NCBI GenBank assembly: GCA_963713045.1
Contig: CAVQKE010000006.1
Span: 160,001-224,000 of the forward strand
Source of the DNA: an uncultured delta proteobacterium
Lineage (GTDB): Bacteria; Myxococcota; Myxococcia; Myxococcales; Myxococcaceae
DNA: 64,000 nt
Direction of reading: 5' to 3'
The notes under the pieces are model-generated. The model was given only the letters and a program-made list of their open reading frames with translations, ran no database searches and was not told the DNA's origin. Made by a program: the position numbers and the translations under genes. Below, in pieces: positions 43,347 to 53,400 of this stretch (within the stretch, counting starts at the first letter, position 1; every line of letters starts with the position of its first letter).

Positions 43347-45461
43347 ATGTGCCGTGTCCCGTCTGCGAGGCTACTCGGCCGACTCGCGCTGGCGTGCCTT
43401 CTTGTCCTCGGCTGCGCCACGACGCAACTTCCGGAAAACCCCAATGTGCCGCCCATCGGCCGCAAGCCGGAGGTGGAGCCGCGGCCGGACACCCGCGCCG
43501 CCGACGCCCTCAAGGCGGCCGATGCGGCCGCCGCCGGGCAGCCCAAGGCGAAACAGGTGGAGATTTACCTCAGCGTGCGCCAGGCCTACCCCTCCACCGT
43601 CGCCGGGGAGGAGGCGCTCTACCGGGCGGCCGTCTTGGCCTACGACATGGGCGAGTATGCCGTCGCCCGCAAGCAACTGAATGAATTGCTGTTTGAGAAC
43701 CCCCTCTTCGACAAGGCGGTCGACGCCCGGCTGAAGCTGGGCGAGAGCTCGCTCCAGCTGAAGGCCTACCGCGACGCCTACCAGACGCTGCTTCCCTTGC
43801 GCGACAAGGTGCCTGCCGCGCAGCGGGCGGAGCTGGAAGAGGCGCTCCAACGGGCCGCCGAAGGAGCGCGCCTGGCCGACCAGGCGCTGAAATTGGCGCT
43901 GGACCGGGCCGAGGGCGCCGCCACCCCGGAGGAGCGCCAGGCGGCGCTGGAGCAAGTGGCGTCCCTCATCGACACTTCGGTTCCGTACGATGAGGTGGCC
44001 CGGGTCCAGGGCGAGTTGTCACCGTCGCATCCGGCCTGGCCGATGCTGACCTTCAAGCTAGCCCGGGTCTACGCCCACCTCCGCGACAGTCGGCTCAAGC
44101 CAACGCTGGAAGCGTTGCTGCAGAAGGCGCCCGGCAGCCCCTACAGCCAGCAGGCGCAAGCCATGCTCGCCCGTGCCGACCGGGTGGGCGCGCTGCGGGG
44201 CCGGACGCTGGGCGTTCTGGTTCCGCTCACCGGCAAGTACCAGCGGCTGGGCGAGGCCGTGATGCGGGGCATCAAGCTGGCTCTCAAGGGCAGCGACATC
44301 GAATTGGTCGTCAAGGACACCCAAGGCGACCCGGCCCGGGCCGCCGCCGCGGTGGAGGAGCTGGTCTTCGAGGACGGCGCTGCGGCCGCCATCGGTCCCC
44401 TTTTCGGCGAGGACAGCCGGCGGGCGGCGGTGGTGGCCCAAGACTTGGGGCTACCTCTGCTGACGCTCACCAGGAACGAGGACATCACCGAGATTGGGCC
44501 ATTCATCTTCCGCAACATGCTCACCTACTCCGCCCAGGGGCGCGCCCTGGCTGCCTGGGCGGTCGACGTCATGGGCTACAAAAGTTTTGCCGTCCTCTAC
44601 CCGAACACCCCGTACGGCCTGGAGATGACCAGCGACTTCTGGGACCAGGTGACGGCCCGGGGCGCCTCGGTGCGGGGCGCTGAGAGCTACGCCAACGACC
44701 AGACCACCTTCACCAACGAGGCGAAAAAGCTGGTGGGCCGCTACTACCTGGAGGACCGGACCGACTACGTCGAGGCGCTGAAGGAGTTGAGGGAAGCAAA
44801 CAAGGAAAGCAACGCCGACGCCTTCCGCCGCCGCAAGGCGTTGGAGAAGGCCAGGAAGGACCTGGAACCGATTGTCGACTTCGAGGCGCTCTTTATCCCC
44901 GATGAGTGGTCCCGGGTGGGACTCATCGCCCCGGCGTTGGCGGTGGAAGACATCATCACCAACACCTGCGACGCCAAGGAGATTGAGAAACTCAAGAAGA
45001 CGACGGGCAAGACGGACATCCACACCGTGACGCTGCTCGGGGGCCAAGGGTGGAATTCGCCCAACAACTCCGAGGGAGTGCCGCGGTTGATTGAGCGCGG
45101 GGGGAAATTCGTCCTGTGCAGCGTCTTCGTCGACGGCTTTTATGCGGACAGTAGCCGCGAGGCAACGCGCCGCTTCGTCCACGCCTATGCCGAAGCCTAC
45201 CCCGAGGCCACTCCGCTGCTGCTGGACGCGGTGGCCTATGACTCGGCGCGGATGCTGCGTCAGGTGCTCGAAGCCGAAAAGGGACCCCTCACTCGCGACG
45301 CGGTGCGCGCCGCGCTGGCCGGGGTGAAGGACTTCGAAGGAGCCACCGGGCGCACCAGCTTCAACGCGAGGCGGGAGGCCGAAAAGCCGCTCTTCTTTCT
45401 CACCGTGGACCCCAAGGGAATCCGCGAACTCCAACCCCAGGAGCGTCTCCGTGGCTCGTAA
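43347..45461 (+). CDS. LpoA-like lipoprotein (TPR plus periplasmic-binding-protein fold)
   Basis: Lipobox LVLGC; TPR-like helices; GVLVPLTGKY, AIGPL, LYPNTPYG, FEGATG. Confidence 0.8.
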   Translation: MCRVPSARLLGRLALACLLVLGCATTQLPENPNVPPIGRKPEVEPRPDTRAADALKAADAAAAGQPKAKQVEIYLSVRQAYPSTVAGEEALYRAAVLAYDMGEYAVARKQLNELLFENPLFDKAVDARLKLGESSLQLKAYRDAYQTLLPLRDKVPAAQRAELEEALQRAAEGARLADQALKLALDRAEGAATPEERQAALEQVASLIDTSVPYDEVARVQGELSPSHPAWPMLTFKLARVYAHLRDSRLKPTLEALLQKAPGSPYSQQAQAMLARADRVGALRGRTLGVLVPLTGKYQRLGEAVMRGIKLALKGSDIELVVKDTQGDPARAAAAVEELVFEDGAAAAIGPLFGEDSRRAAVVAQDLGLPLLTLTRNEDITEIGPFIFRNMLTYSAQGRALAAWAVDVMGYKSFAVLYPNTPYGLEMTSDFWDQVTARGASVRGAESYANDQTTFTNEAKKLVGRYYLEDRTDYVEALKELREANKESNADAFRRRKALEKARKDLEPIVDFEALFIPDEWSRVGLIAPALAVEDIITNTCDAKEIEKLKKTTGKTDIHTVTLLGGQGWNSPNNSEGVPRLIERGGKFVLCSVFVDGFYADSSREATRRFVHAYAEAYPEATPLLLDAVAYDSARMLRQVLEAEKGPLTRDAVRAALAGVKDFEGATGRTSFNARREAEKPLFFLTVDPKGIRELQPQERLRGS

Positions 45462-46101
45462 CGTCAAGAAGAGAAAGAGGCGGGACGCGGTCCCCAGTCT
45501 GCGCCGCCGGCGTCCGCGCAGCGCCAAAGCGGCCCGCCCGCGGAAGGTGGAAGACGCCGGTGCCCGGACGGTGGACGTCGAGCCTGGCCGCATTGAGGAA
45601 GTCCTGCGCAAGCTGCGGGAGGAGTTAGGTGCTCTCGCCAACAAGGGCCGCTACACCCGAGTGCGCTTCAAATTCCGCGGCAAGCAGCTGCTCCCGGACT
45701 TGCCGCTCGCGGCGGTCATCGCCGCCGAAGGACTCACCTTCTACTGGACCGGCATCCTGCGCGCCCTGCTGGTGAATGTCGCCGGGAAGAGCGTGCTGTC
45801 GGTGGAGTTGGTCAACGACTCCGGCCACTTCGTCCAGGCGGGCAAAGAGGAGCTTCTCTCGGGCGAGGTCGACCGCGCCATCGAGGCCTTCCGGACCGCG
45901 CTGAGGATGGAGCGAGACAACCCGCGGGCCCAGCTGCACCTCGGCGCCGCGCTTCGACTCAAGGGCGCCCTTGACGAAGCACGCGCTGCCCTCGAGCGGG
46001 CCCGTACGCTTGACCCGCGCGGTGAAGTGGGCCGGGAGGCGCAGGAGCTGCTTCGACGGATGAAGGGCGCCCCGACCGAGCCTGTTCCCCCGCAGCCGTA
46101 G
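45451..46101 (+). CDS. TPR-containing protein
   Basis: C-terminal TPR (AIEAFRTAL..NPRAQLHLG..ALERA). Confidence 0.75.
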   Translation: MARNVKKRKRRDAVPSLRRRRPRSAKAARPRKVEDAGARTVDVEPGRIEEVLRKLREELGALANKGRYTRVRFKFRGKQLLPDLPLAAVIAAEGLTFYWTGILRALLVNVAGKSVLSVELVNDSGHFVQAGKEELLSGEVDRAIEAFRTALRMERDNPRAQLHLGAALRLKGALDEARAALERARTLDPRGEVGREAQELLRRMKGAPTEPVPPQP

Positions 46102-46179
46102 AAAAGCCCCTTGGATGTTGCCCAGTTGGCCGAGGGGCGCGCAATCACCGCCTGCGCCCGAACGTGAGAAAGAAGAGAC

Positions 46180-46548
46180 ATGCGCTTCATCCTCAATGTG
46201 CTGTGGTTCATCCTCGGCGGCGGCTGGCTGATTGGACTTGAATACCTCCTCGCCGGCGCGGTGCTTTGTGTCACCATCATCGGCATCCCCTTCGGCCTGC
46301 AGTGCTTCAAGCTGGCCGGGCTGGGCGCGTGGCCGTTTGGAAAAGACGTCGTTCCGTCCGGCGGCGGTGCCATCCACACCGTGGCCAACCTGGTGTGGCT
46401 CGTCTTGGCCGGCTTCTGGATTTGCCTCAGCCACCTGGCGCTGGCCGTGGCCTCAGCCGTCACCATCATCGGGCTGCCCTTCGCGCTGCAGCACCTGAAA
46501 TTCGCCCTGGTGGCGCTGTGGCCCTTCGGCCAACGGGTGACGCCGTAA
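46180..46548 (+). CDS. YccF-domain membrane protein
   Basis: Duplicated LNVLW..GG..TIIGIPFG..K..WPFG motif. Confidence 0.92.
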   Translation: MRFILNVLWFILGGGWLIGLEYLLAGAVLCVTIIGIPFGLQCFKLAGLGAWPFGKDVVPSGGGAIHTVANLVWLVLAGFWICLSHLALAVASAVTIIGLPFALQHLKFALVALWPFGQRVTP

Positions 46549-46573
46549 CCGCCCTTTCCATGGGTGGTGTCAG

Positions 46574-46632
46574 TAGAAATTTCTAATTCCACCGCAGCTT
46601 TTGGAGGTGCTCCAAACTCTCCTGTTTGGAGC
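46574..46632 (+). promoter_or_regulatory. Palindromic elements upstream of gyrA
   Basis: TAGAAATTTCTA (46574-46585) and the hairpin GCTCCAAAC-N6-GTTTGGAGC, immediately followed by TTGACT. Confidence 0.45.
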
Positions 46633-46717
46633 GATTGACTGAAGGGTTCCGGGCGGTTACCAGTACATCAGGCCTGCGTTTCAGCCCCGGCCTCGCCCCC
46701 TCCTGAGGCCCCACGCC

Positions 46718-49462
46718 ATGTCCGATGAAATTCCTCCCCCGCCCGCTCCTCCTGCGTCCCCTGGAGGGGCCGGTGACCTCGTCCCCATCAACATCGAGGA
46801 CGAGATGCGGCGCAGCTACCTCGACTACTCCATGTCGGTCATCGTCGGGCGCGCCCTCCCCGACGTCCGCGACGGGCTGAAGCCCGTCCACCGCCGAATC
46901 CTCTACGCGATGCAGGATGAGGGGCTGCTGCACAACCGCAAGTACAGCAAATGCGCCGGCGTGGTGGGCGAAGTCCTCAAGAAGTACCACCCCCACGGCG
47001 ACGCGTCGGTCTACGACGCCTTGGTGCGGCTCGCCCAGCCCTGGAACATGCGTTACCTGCTGGTCGACGGGCAGGGAAATTTCGGCAGCATCGACGGGGA
47101 CTCGGCCGCGGCCTACCGCTACACCGAATGCCGAATGATGGAGCTGGCCGAGGCGATGCTGGCCGACATCGACAAGGAGACGGTCGACTTTGGGCCCAAC
47201 TTTGACGATGCCACCACCGAGCCGTTGGTGCTGCCGACGCGCTTTCCCAATCTTCTGGTGAATGGGAGCTCCGGCATTGCGGTGGGGATGACCACCAACG
47301 TCCCCCCCCACAACATGCGGGAAGTCATCGACGGCACGTTGCACCTCATCAAAGAGCCCAAAGCCTCGGTCGCTGACTTGATGCGCTTCATCCCCGGCCC
47401 GGACTTTCCCACCGCCGGCTTCATCCTCGGCCGCGAGGGCATCCAGCGCGCCTATGAAACCGGCCGCGGGCAGCTGACGCTGCGGGCCCGCACCGAAATC
47501 GAGGCCCGCGATGGCGACCGGGAGAGCATCGTGGTGAACGAGATTCCCTACCAAGTCAACAAGGCCCGGCTGGTGGAGAAAATCGCCGAGTTGGTTCACG
47601 AGAAGCGCCTCGAGGGCATCTCGCAAATCCGCGACGAGTCGGACCGGCGCGGAATGCGCCTGGTGCTCGAGCTCAAGCGCGACGCCATCGCCGGAGTGGT
47701 GCTCAACAACCTCTTCGCGCTCACCCCGCTGCAAACCACCTTCGGCGTGGTGCTGTTGGCCATCGACGGCGGCCAGCCGCGCACCTTCAACTTGAAGGAA
47801 ATGCTGGAGCGCTTCATCTCCCACCGGCGGGAAGTGGTCACCCGGCGGAGCCGCTTTGAGTTGCGAAACGCCGAGAGGCGGCTCCATGTGGTGGAAGGCC
47901 TGCTCGTCGCCCAGGACATCATCGACCTGGTCATCACCATCATCCGTCGCTCCAAGGACCCGGAAGAGGCGCGGTGGGGACTGACCCACGTGCTGTCCGA
48001 GGCGCTCTACCAGCATCCAACCTTCCACGACTTGCCTCGACTCGACCTGGAACAGGCGAATTTCCAGATGGAGCAGCTGGTGGCGCGCGCCAAGGCCGAG
48101 GAGCCGCGCTATCCCGGCCTTCAGCACCGGTACGAGGGAACCGGCTTCAGTGACGAGCAGTCCAAGCAAATTCTGGAAATGCGCCTGCAGCGGCTGACCG
48201 GCATCCAGCGCGAGGAGCTCTTCACCGAGTTGGTGGAGCTGACCCGCGCCGTCCTGCGGCTGCGCGACATTCTAGAAAACGAGTCCTCGCTGCTGTCGGT
48301 CATCCGCGAAGAATTGACGGAAGTCCGCGAGAAATTCGGGGACGACCGGCGCACGGAAATTACCGGGGATGCGGCCGCCTTCACCAACGAGGACCTCATC
48401 GCCGATGAGGACATGGTGGTGACCGTGTCCCACGCCGGCTACATCAAGCGCAGCCCGCTGACTGAGTACCGCGCCCAGCGCCGGGGCGGACGAGGAAAGA
48501 CTGGCGCCGCCACCAAGGAAGACGACTTCGTCACCGACCTCTTCGTCGCCTCCACCCACGCCTACATTCTGCCGGTCACCACCCGCGGCAAGCTGTATTG
48601 GCTGAAGGTGCATGAGATTCCCCAAGCCGGCCGCGCCGCCCGCGGCAAGCCCATCATCAACCTGGTGCACATGGCCGAGGGGGAGAAGCTCGCCTCGGTG
48701 GTGGTCACCAAGGGCTTCCCGGAAAGCCAATACGTCTTCTTCGTCACCCGCAAAGGCGTGGTGAAACGGACGGACTTGGCCGCCTTCTCCAACGTCCGGT
48801 CAGCCGGCATCATCGCCCTCGGCATCGACGACGGAGACAGCCTGGTGGCGGTCCGGATTACCGACGGCAGCAAGGACATGCTCCTCTCCACCGCCCAGGG
48901 AATGTCCATCCGCTTCCCCGAGAAGGAGGTCCGTTCGATGGGCCGCACCGCCTTCGGCGTGAAGGGAATTACCTTGGAGAAGGACGACGAGGTGGTGGGC
49001 GCGGACCTAATCGAGCCCGGGACGGCCATCCTCACCGTCACCGAGAACGGCTACGGCAAGCGGACGGAGGAGTCGGAGTATCGCGTTCAGGGCCGCGGTG
49101 GAAAAGGCATCATCGACATCAAGACGACGGAGCGAAACGGCCTGGTGGTGGCGGCCGTTCCGGTGCGCGAGCGGGACCAAATCATGCTCGTCACCTCGAG
49201 CGGGATGCTCATCCGGATGAAAGTCGGCGACATCTCCGTCATCGGACGGAACACCCAAGGCGTGCGACTCATCACCCTCGAAAACCCGAGCGACAAGGTG
49301 ACCGGACTGTCTCGGCTTCCAGAAGAGGCGGACGCCAACGGGGCCGGAGAGGAGCGGGTGAGCGAAGGCGAAGTGCCGCAGGGGGCCGCAGAGGACGAGG
49401 CCGCCGGGTCCGACGACGGTGGCGACGGCGGCGAGACAGAGGGCGGCGAAGAGCCCTCCTAG
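46718..49462 (+). CDS. gyrA: DNA gyrase subunit A
   Basis: [16 protein letters not shown], catalytic AAYRYTE, GyrA-box QRRGGRG, beta-pinwheel repeats, acidic tail. Confidence 0.98.
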   Translation: MSDEIPPPPAPPASPGGAGDLVPINIEDEMRRSYLDYSMSVIVGRALPDVRDGLKPVHRRILYAMQDEGLLHNRKYSKCAGVVGEVLKKYHPHGDASVYDALVRLAQPWNMRYLLVDGQGNFGSIDGDSAAAYRYTECRMMELAEAMLADIDKETVDFGPNFDDATTEPLVLPTRFPNLLVNGSSGIAVGMTTNVPPHNMREVIDGTLHLIKEPKASVADLMRFIPGPDFPTAGFILGREGIQRAYETGRGQLTLRARTEIEARDGDRESIVVNEIPYQVNKARLVEKIAELVHEKRLEGISQIRDESDRRGMRLVLELKRDAIAGVVLNNLFALTPLQTTFGVVLLAIDGGQPRTFNLKEMLERFISHRREVVTRRSRFELRNAERRLHVVEGLLVAQDIIDLVITIIRRSKDPEEARWGLTHVLSEALYQHPTFHDLPRLDLEQANFQMEQLVARAKAEEPRYPGLQHRYEGTGFSDEQSKQILEMRLQRLTGIQREELFTELVELTRAVLRLRDILENESSLLSVIREELTEVREKFGDDRRTEITGDAAAFTNEDLIADEDMVVTVSHAGYIKRSPLTEYRAQRRGGRGKTGAATKEDDFVTDLFVASTHAYILPVTTRGKLYWLKVHEIPQAGRAARGKPIINLVHMAEGEKLASVVVTKGFPESQYVFFVTRKGVVKRTDLAAFSNVRSAGIIALGIDDGDSLVAVRITDGSKDMLLSTAQGMSIRFPEKEVRSMGRTAFGVKGITLEKDDEVVGADLIEPGTAILTVTENGYGKRTEESEYRVQGRGGKGIIDIKTTERNGLVVAAVPVRERDQIMLVTSSGMLIRMKVGDISVIGRNTQGVRLITLENPSDKVTGLSRLPEEADANGAGEERVSEGEVPQGAAEDEAAGSDDGGDGGETEGGEEPS

Positions 49463-49475
49463 GGCGGGCCGGGCA

Positions 49476-49766
49476 GTGGCCTTCGGAAAAACGCGCATCC
49501 TGCACAAGCTGTGGCGTTACCTGCGCGATGGGCGCGTGCCGCTGTGGCGCAAGCTGGTGGGAGTGGCCGCGGTGGCTTACCTCGTTTGGCCGTTTGACCT
49601 CATTCCGGACTACATTCCCATTCTCGGCTGGCTCGACGACGCCGGGGTATTGACCGCCGCGGCACTCTTCCTGGTCCGCGACGTGCGTCGACACGAAGCG
49701 CGCTACCCCGAGTTGTCGTCAACCTCTGGGCCGGGTTCGCCCCCAGTCGGTGGCTTGGATGCTTGA
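49476..49766 (+). CDS. DUF1232/YkvA-family membrane protein
   Basis: YLVWPFDLIPDYIPILGWLDD. Confidence 0.9.
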   Translation: MAFGKTRILHKLWRYLRDGRVPLWRKLVGVAAVAYLVWPFDLIPDYIPILGWLDDAGVLTAAALFLVRDVRRHEARYPELSSTSGPGSPPVGGLDA

Positions 49767-49843
49767 CGGCCTCCAAGCTGCATGGCATCCCTGCCCGCCC
49801 TGCCGCTCGGCAGCGTCTGCTTTTCGAGCAGTGGGGTCCATAC

Positions 49844-49916
49844 GCCCAGGTAGCTCAGTCGGTAGAGCAGGGGACTGAAAATCCCCGTGTCGGTGGTTCG
49901 ATTCCGCCCCTGGGCA
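49844..49916 (+). tRNA. tRNA-Phe (GAA)
   Basis: GCCCAGG/CCTGGGC acceptor stem, GGGGA-CTGAAAA-TCCCC anticodon arm, GGTTCGATTCC T-arm; CCA not encoded. Confidence 0.97.
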
Positions 49917-51048
49917 CTGATTTCAAGCCTTTAGCGGTCCGAAAAAGTCCAATCCGTCCACTTTTTCCGCCCAAATCCACTTTGTCTGCGACACCGGTGA
50001 TGCAGTCCGCGAAGTGCGCGGACAGCAGTGCACCGATTTCCTCTGGCGACAGTCGGCCGTAGACCCGCTCCACCATGCGCGTGTCCCTATGGCCCATGGT
50101 AGGGGCGACAATCTCCGCAGGCACTCGCGCGAGCCGCATCCACTTGGCGTACGTCCGCCGGAGGTCATTGGGAGAGCAGGCTTCGATGCCGGCCTGGGCG
50201 CAGGCCAGGTGAAGGTCGCGGCGCACGTTGGTCCAAGCCGGGAAGAGCTCGTCCTCGCCGGGCGCGTGCTTCAACGCGTAGCCCAGAAGGCTCGCTAGCG
50301 CCGGATGCCGGATGGCAATGCGGCGGTTCCGCGCGGCGCGCTTCGTCCCGCGGACATGAACCCAGTCTGGGTCGAGTTGCACGTCCTCTCGCCGAGCCCT
50401 GACGGATTCGCTCCAGCAGGCCGACGTCGCCACGATGAATGCCACTTGTGCGGCGCGTGCCGGTGGAAGCTTTGCGAGTAGCTGGGCGAGCTCCTCACTT
50501 GAGAGCGCACGTGTCCGCGGCCGGTACTCGGGGGCGAAGCCGGACGGGAGTAACGCGTCGATTTCTCCGAGCCAGAGGCCGGCGCGCTTGGCCAGCCTCA
50601 GCGCTGCCCGGAGCGTCACGAGCTCCTTGGCGATGGTGTGGTCGCTGACCTCCTCGGCCCTTCGACGGGAGATGTAACTGTCGACATCCGCCGCGGTCAG
50701 GTCCTTGAGGAGGAACGGCCGGTAGCTACCCTCAGCCGAATGCTCTAAGACTCGCGTGAGGTGTCCTGCTTTCCGCCTGTAGAACGCGACCGTGTCGTGG
50801 CTCTTTCGCCCGGCCGTTGCTTCTTCCGTCCGCCGCTGAAGGAGCAGGCGCAGCGCTTCGGTTAGCGAAGCTTTCTGCGTGGCTGCGTGGGCTGGATTCG
50901 CTCCATCGCGCTCGAACTGTCGCAGCTTGAGCTCGGCAGCCTTAAGGTCCGTGCACTGCGTCGAGAGGAGGCGACGGACGCCGTTCTCGTAGAAGTAGGC
51001 GTGCCAGACCCTTCCGCGCTTGGTGAGACGGTATGTGTCCTTGCCCAT
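49855..51048 (-). CDS. Tyrosine recombinase/integrase
   Basis: N-terminal arm-binding-like strands, core-binding domain, RGTK, PNDLRRT, MGH..TRMVERVY; abuts and overlaps tRNA-Phe. Confidence 0.9.
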   Translation of the reverse strand: MGKDTYRLTKRGRVWHAYFYENGVRRLLSTQCTDLKAAELKLRQFERDGANPAHAATQKASLTEALRLLLQRRTEEATAGRKSHDTVAFYRRKAGHLTRVLEHSAEGSYRPFLLKDLTAADVDSYISRRRAEEVSDHTIAKELVTLRAALRLAKRAGLWLGEIDALLPSGFAPEYRPRTRALSSEELAQLLAKLPPARAAQVAFIVATSACWSESVRARREDVQLDPDWVHVRGTKRAARNRRIAIRHPALASLLGYALKHAPGEDELFPAWTNVRRDLHLACAQAGIEACSPNDLRRTYAKWMRLARVPAEIVAPTMGHRDTRMVERVYGRLSPEEIGALLSAHFADCITGVADKVDLGGKSGRIGLFRTAKGLKSVPRGGIEPPTRGFSVPCSTD

Positions 51049-51305
51049 GGAATCCTCGACTCTTTATAGCGCTGCCACGTGCTCCACCGGATGCGCAGCT
51101 GCATGCCGGGCTCCAGTCTGATGTTGAAGTACGACAGTGCGGCGTGAAGGTACTCGTAGGCCTTCGAGCGGGAGCATCCGAACTCCCGGCGGATGTTGTC
51201 AGCGTCGAGCATTGGCTCGGCGTACAGGTCACGTTCGCGTGAGATTCTCATTCCCCAGTCCGGACCGAACTGGCGCTCGTAATGGAGGACGTCGTCCAGT
51301 TTCAT
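50862..51305 (-). CDS. Excisionase-like HTH protein
   Basis: AGGAG RBS; NIRREFGCSRSKAYEYL HTH; directly upstream of int and overlapping it. Confidence 0.65.
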   Translation of the reverse strand: MKLDDVLHYERQFGPDWGMRISRERDLYAEPMLDADNIRREFGCSRSKAYEYLHAALSYFNIRLEPGMQLRIRWSTWQRYKESRIPWARTHTVSPSAEGSGTPTSTRTASVASSRRSARTLRLPSSSCDSSSAMERIQPTQPRRKLR

Positions 51306-51715
51306 GTGTAGCTCCTGACTTCGGTCCGGCGTTGCGTCTGAAGAAAGCCTTGCCGCGAAGAGCGGCTCGACCACAGAGACCAATGTGAATCTCACTTAGC
51401 ATTCACTTAACATTTAATCCAGTAGGGTCGCTTAAGTGCGCATGGCGCCTTCGGGCCGCGAGCCGGTACTCCGAAGCGGATCAACCCCAGCGGCTTTAGC
51501 TGGCCTCATGAGCAGCGAGCGCCATCTCGAACGGCCCTTAGCACCTAGCCGTCAGCCCTCAGACCGCCGCTGGCAGCTCGTGCTGCAGGGCACCGATGCC
51601 CACAAGGGCCTTCCCGACTGGTGAGCAGTGAGGAACTCGGTGTGGGGGTGCGGGCGTCGGTTCGCTGGCCGGCCACTACCTCAGCGCGACTCCCCATCGC
51701 GAGGACCCAACGAGT

Positions 51716-52198
51716 GTGGCACCGTTGCCCGATGAACGTCCTCGCCTTCTCGTCGCAGCTTCGGCGCTACTTGCCACTCCGGCCTCTCCCGCCGATGTCC
51801 GAGACGCGATTAAGCGCCAACTGGCGGCGTATATGGAGGCGTTCAATAAGCAGGACGTCAACGCCCTTCTCGCCTTCTACGAGGAGGATGCCATCCGCGT
51901 CATTCCGGGCCGCGTGCTTCGGGGCAAAGAGGAAATTCGAGCCGCCGAGGAGCGTGTCATCCATATGGACGCGCGGGTCTACATAAGCAGCTTCGAGACC
52001 CAGGAGGTCCGAGTCTTTGGCGACGTCGCGGAGGAGGTCGGTGTCTCCAACCTCGACGTTGTGAAGCCCGGTGCTGAGCACGCCGCATTTCGCGGCCGCT
52101 ACCTCACTCTCTGGCACCGCAGCGCCGATGGCGTCTGGCGCGTTCAAGCCGACGCCTCAATGCCCGAGACAAAACCGGCGTCCACGAAGAGTCCGTAA
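51716..52198 (+). CDS. NTF2/SnoaL-like (DUF4440) protein
   Basis: YMEAFNKQDV..FYEEDA..GKEEIR..GRYLTLWHR..GVWRV; the likely ATG at 51732 is out of frame by one missing C. Confidence 0.8.
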   Translation: MAPLPDERPRLLVAASALLATPASPADVRDAIKRQLAAYMEAFNKQDVNALLAFYEEDAIRVIPGRVLRGKEEIRAAEERVIHMDARVYISSFETQEVRVFGDVAEEVGVSNLDVVKPGAEHAAFRGRYLTLWHRSADGVWRVQADASMPETKPASTKSP

Positions 52199-52381
52199 TC
52201 CGCAATAGCGAAACTACCCGGCAACCTGGGTCAGTGCTCTCCCGGAGGTGGGAGCCCGAGTCACGCGGATTCCACGGCGGAAATCACTACGGTGACGGTC
52301 GAGGAGTTACAGAATCGCCGCTTAAGTCGCAGAGCGTGGCCGAATTACGAGAGGCCCCGACTCGACCAGGGAGGCTGCCTC

Positions 52382-52804
52382 GTGAGCACGAACGACCCGT
52401 CAGCGGACTATCTTTTCCAAGAGATGCTGGGGTTTTGCCCTAGATTCGGGCCCCATTGGCAAACCGAGCTCATGTGGTGGGGCGACGATGAGAATCCTCA
52501 TCCGCGATATCGGCTCTTCAATTCCTTTAGCGGACTCATCGCTGAACAACTTAAGCGCGGCGACACGAGCGGCCTCGTGCCCCTCTTCGCGTGGGTCGAG
52601 ACGCTCGTCGCTGGGGATGATGACGACCTAGCGAATGCGGCCCAGACGTGCTTCCTGGAGAATCTCCTTAACCAAGTGCCGAGCGCTATCAATCCAGATC
52701 TTTTCGTTCCGTTACTCGGCCCCGAATCGGCGAAGTGGTGCCGCGTTTGGGACGGTTTCACGGGCGTCAAGACCAAGGGCCTTGAGTGCCGACGGCGCTG
52801 TTAG
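52382..52804 (+). CDS. Hypothetical protein (immunity-protein-like helical domain)
   Basis: GGAGG RBS; FAWVETLV.GDDDDLANAAQTCFLENL..LLGPES pattern. Confidence 0.65.
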   Translation: MSTNDPSADYLFQEMLGFCPRFGPHWQTELMWWGDDENPHPRYRLFNSFSGLIAEQLKRGDTSGLVPLFAWVETLVAGDDDDLANAAQTCFLENLLNQVPSAINPDLFVPLLGPESAKWCRVWDGFTGVKTKGLECRRRC

Positions 52805-52834
52805 CGAGGAGCCCGGTGGCACGTTCGCTAAGGG

Positions 52835-52940
52835 CTCGCCGAAGTGGTTTGAGGATTACAACGAAGTGCACCCGCACCAGGCTTTGCGAATGAAGTCACC
52901 TGGCCATTACCGCCGAGTCTGGATGGAAAGCAGGGCATGA
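52835..52940 (+). pseudogene. IS3-family transposase C-terminal fragment
   Basis: KWFEDYNEVHPHQALRMKSP matches the YN..(R/H)PH..L...P integrase-core tail. Confidence 0.65.
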
Positions 52941-53282
52941 AGAACATCTAGGTCATCGATGGAGCGCTCAACTGCACGTACAGCCTCTTCGCAGCGACGG
53001 AGAAGGAGTTTGCGCAACTTTTCCCTGGGCAGACGGACGTCGCCTTCGCGGACGAACTCTCCGAGCGCCTCGGGAAGCAGACCGCGGCTTGCTCAATGCT
53101 CTTTGGGCACGACCTGTCGACAAGAAGACGGCGGCAGGAATACGCGGAATGCTCTTTTTCAGCTGCCGGAGAAGAAACCGCTGTACCCGACGCGACAAGA
53201 GCGGGGGATGGACCCTCGCGCCTACTCTCCTGCCCAACGGCAGCTACTCGGCCGCAACTTCACTGGCAAGAGCGACGACTAA
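52938..53282 (+). pseudogene. Disrupted hypothetical protein
   Basis: MKNI*VIDGALNCTYSLFAATE... continues through two frameshifts (LWARPVDKK; KKPLYPTRQE). Confidence 0.55.
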
Positions 53283-53400
53283 TACTCACTCCAAGCAACC
53301 AACGAATCTGTCCGATTTGATGGGGCACTCGGTTCAGGTCCTCTTCCCGTACTTGCTGCCTGGTGCTTGAGCTTCAAAGTAACGGCGGATGGGCTATCGC

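Noticed and set aside
49763..50062. 99-aa ORF over tRNA-Phe
   Set aside because: Spurious translation of the tRNA and attL region.
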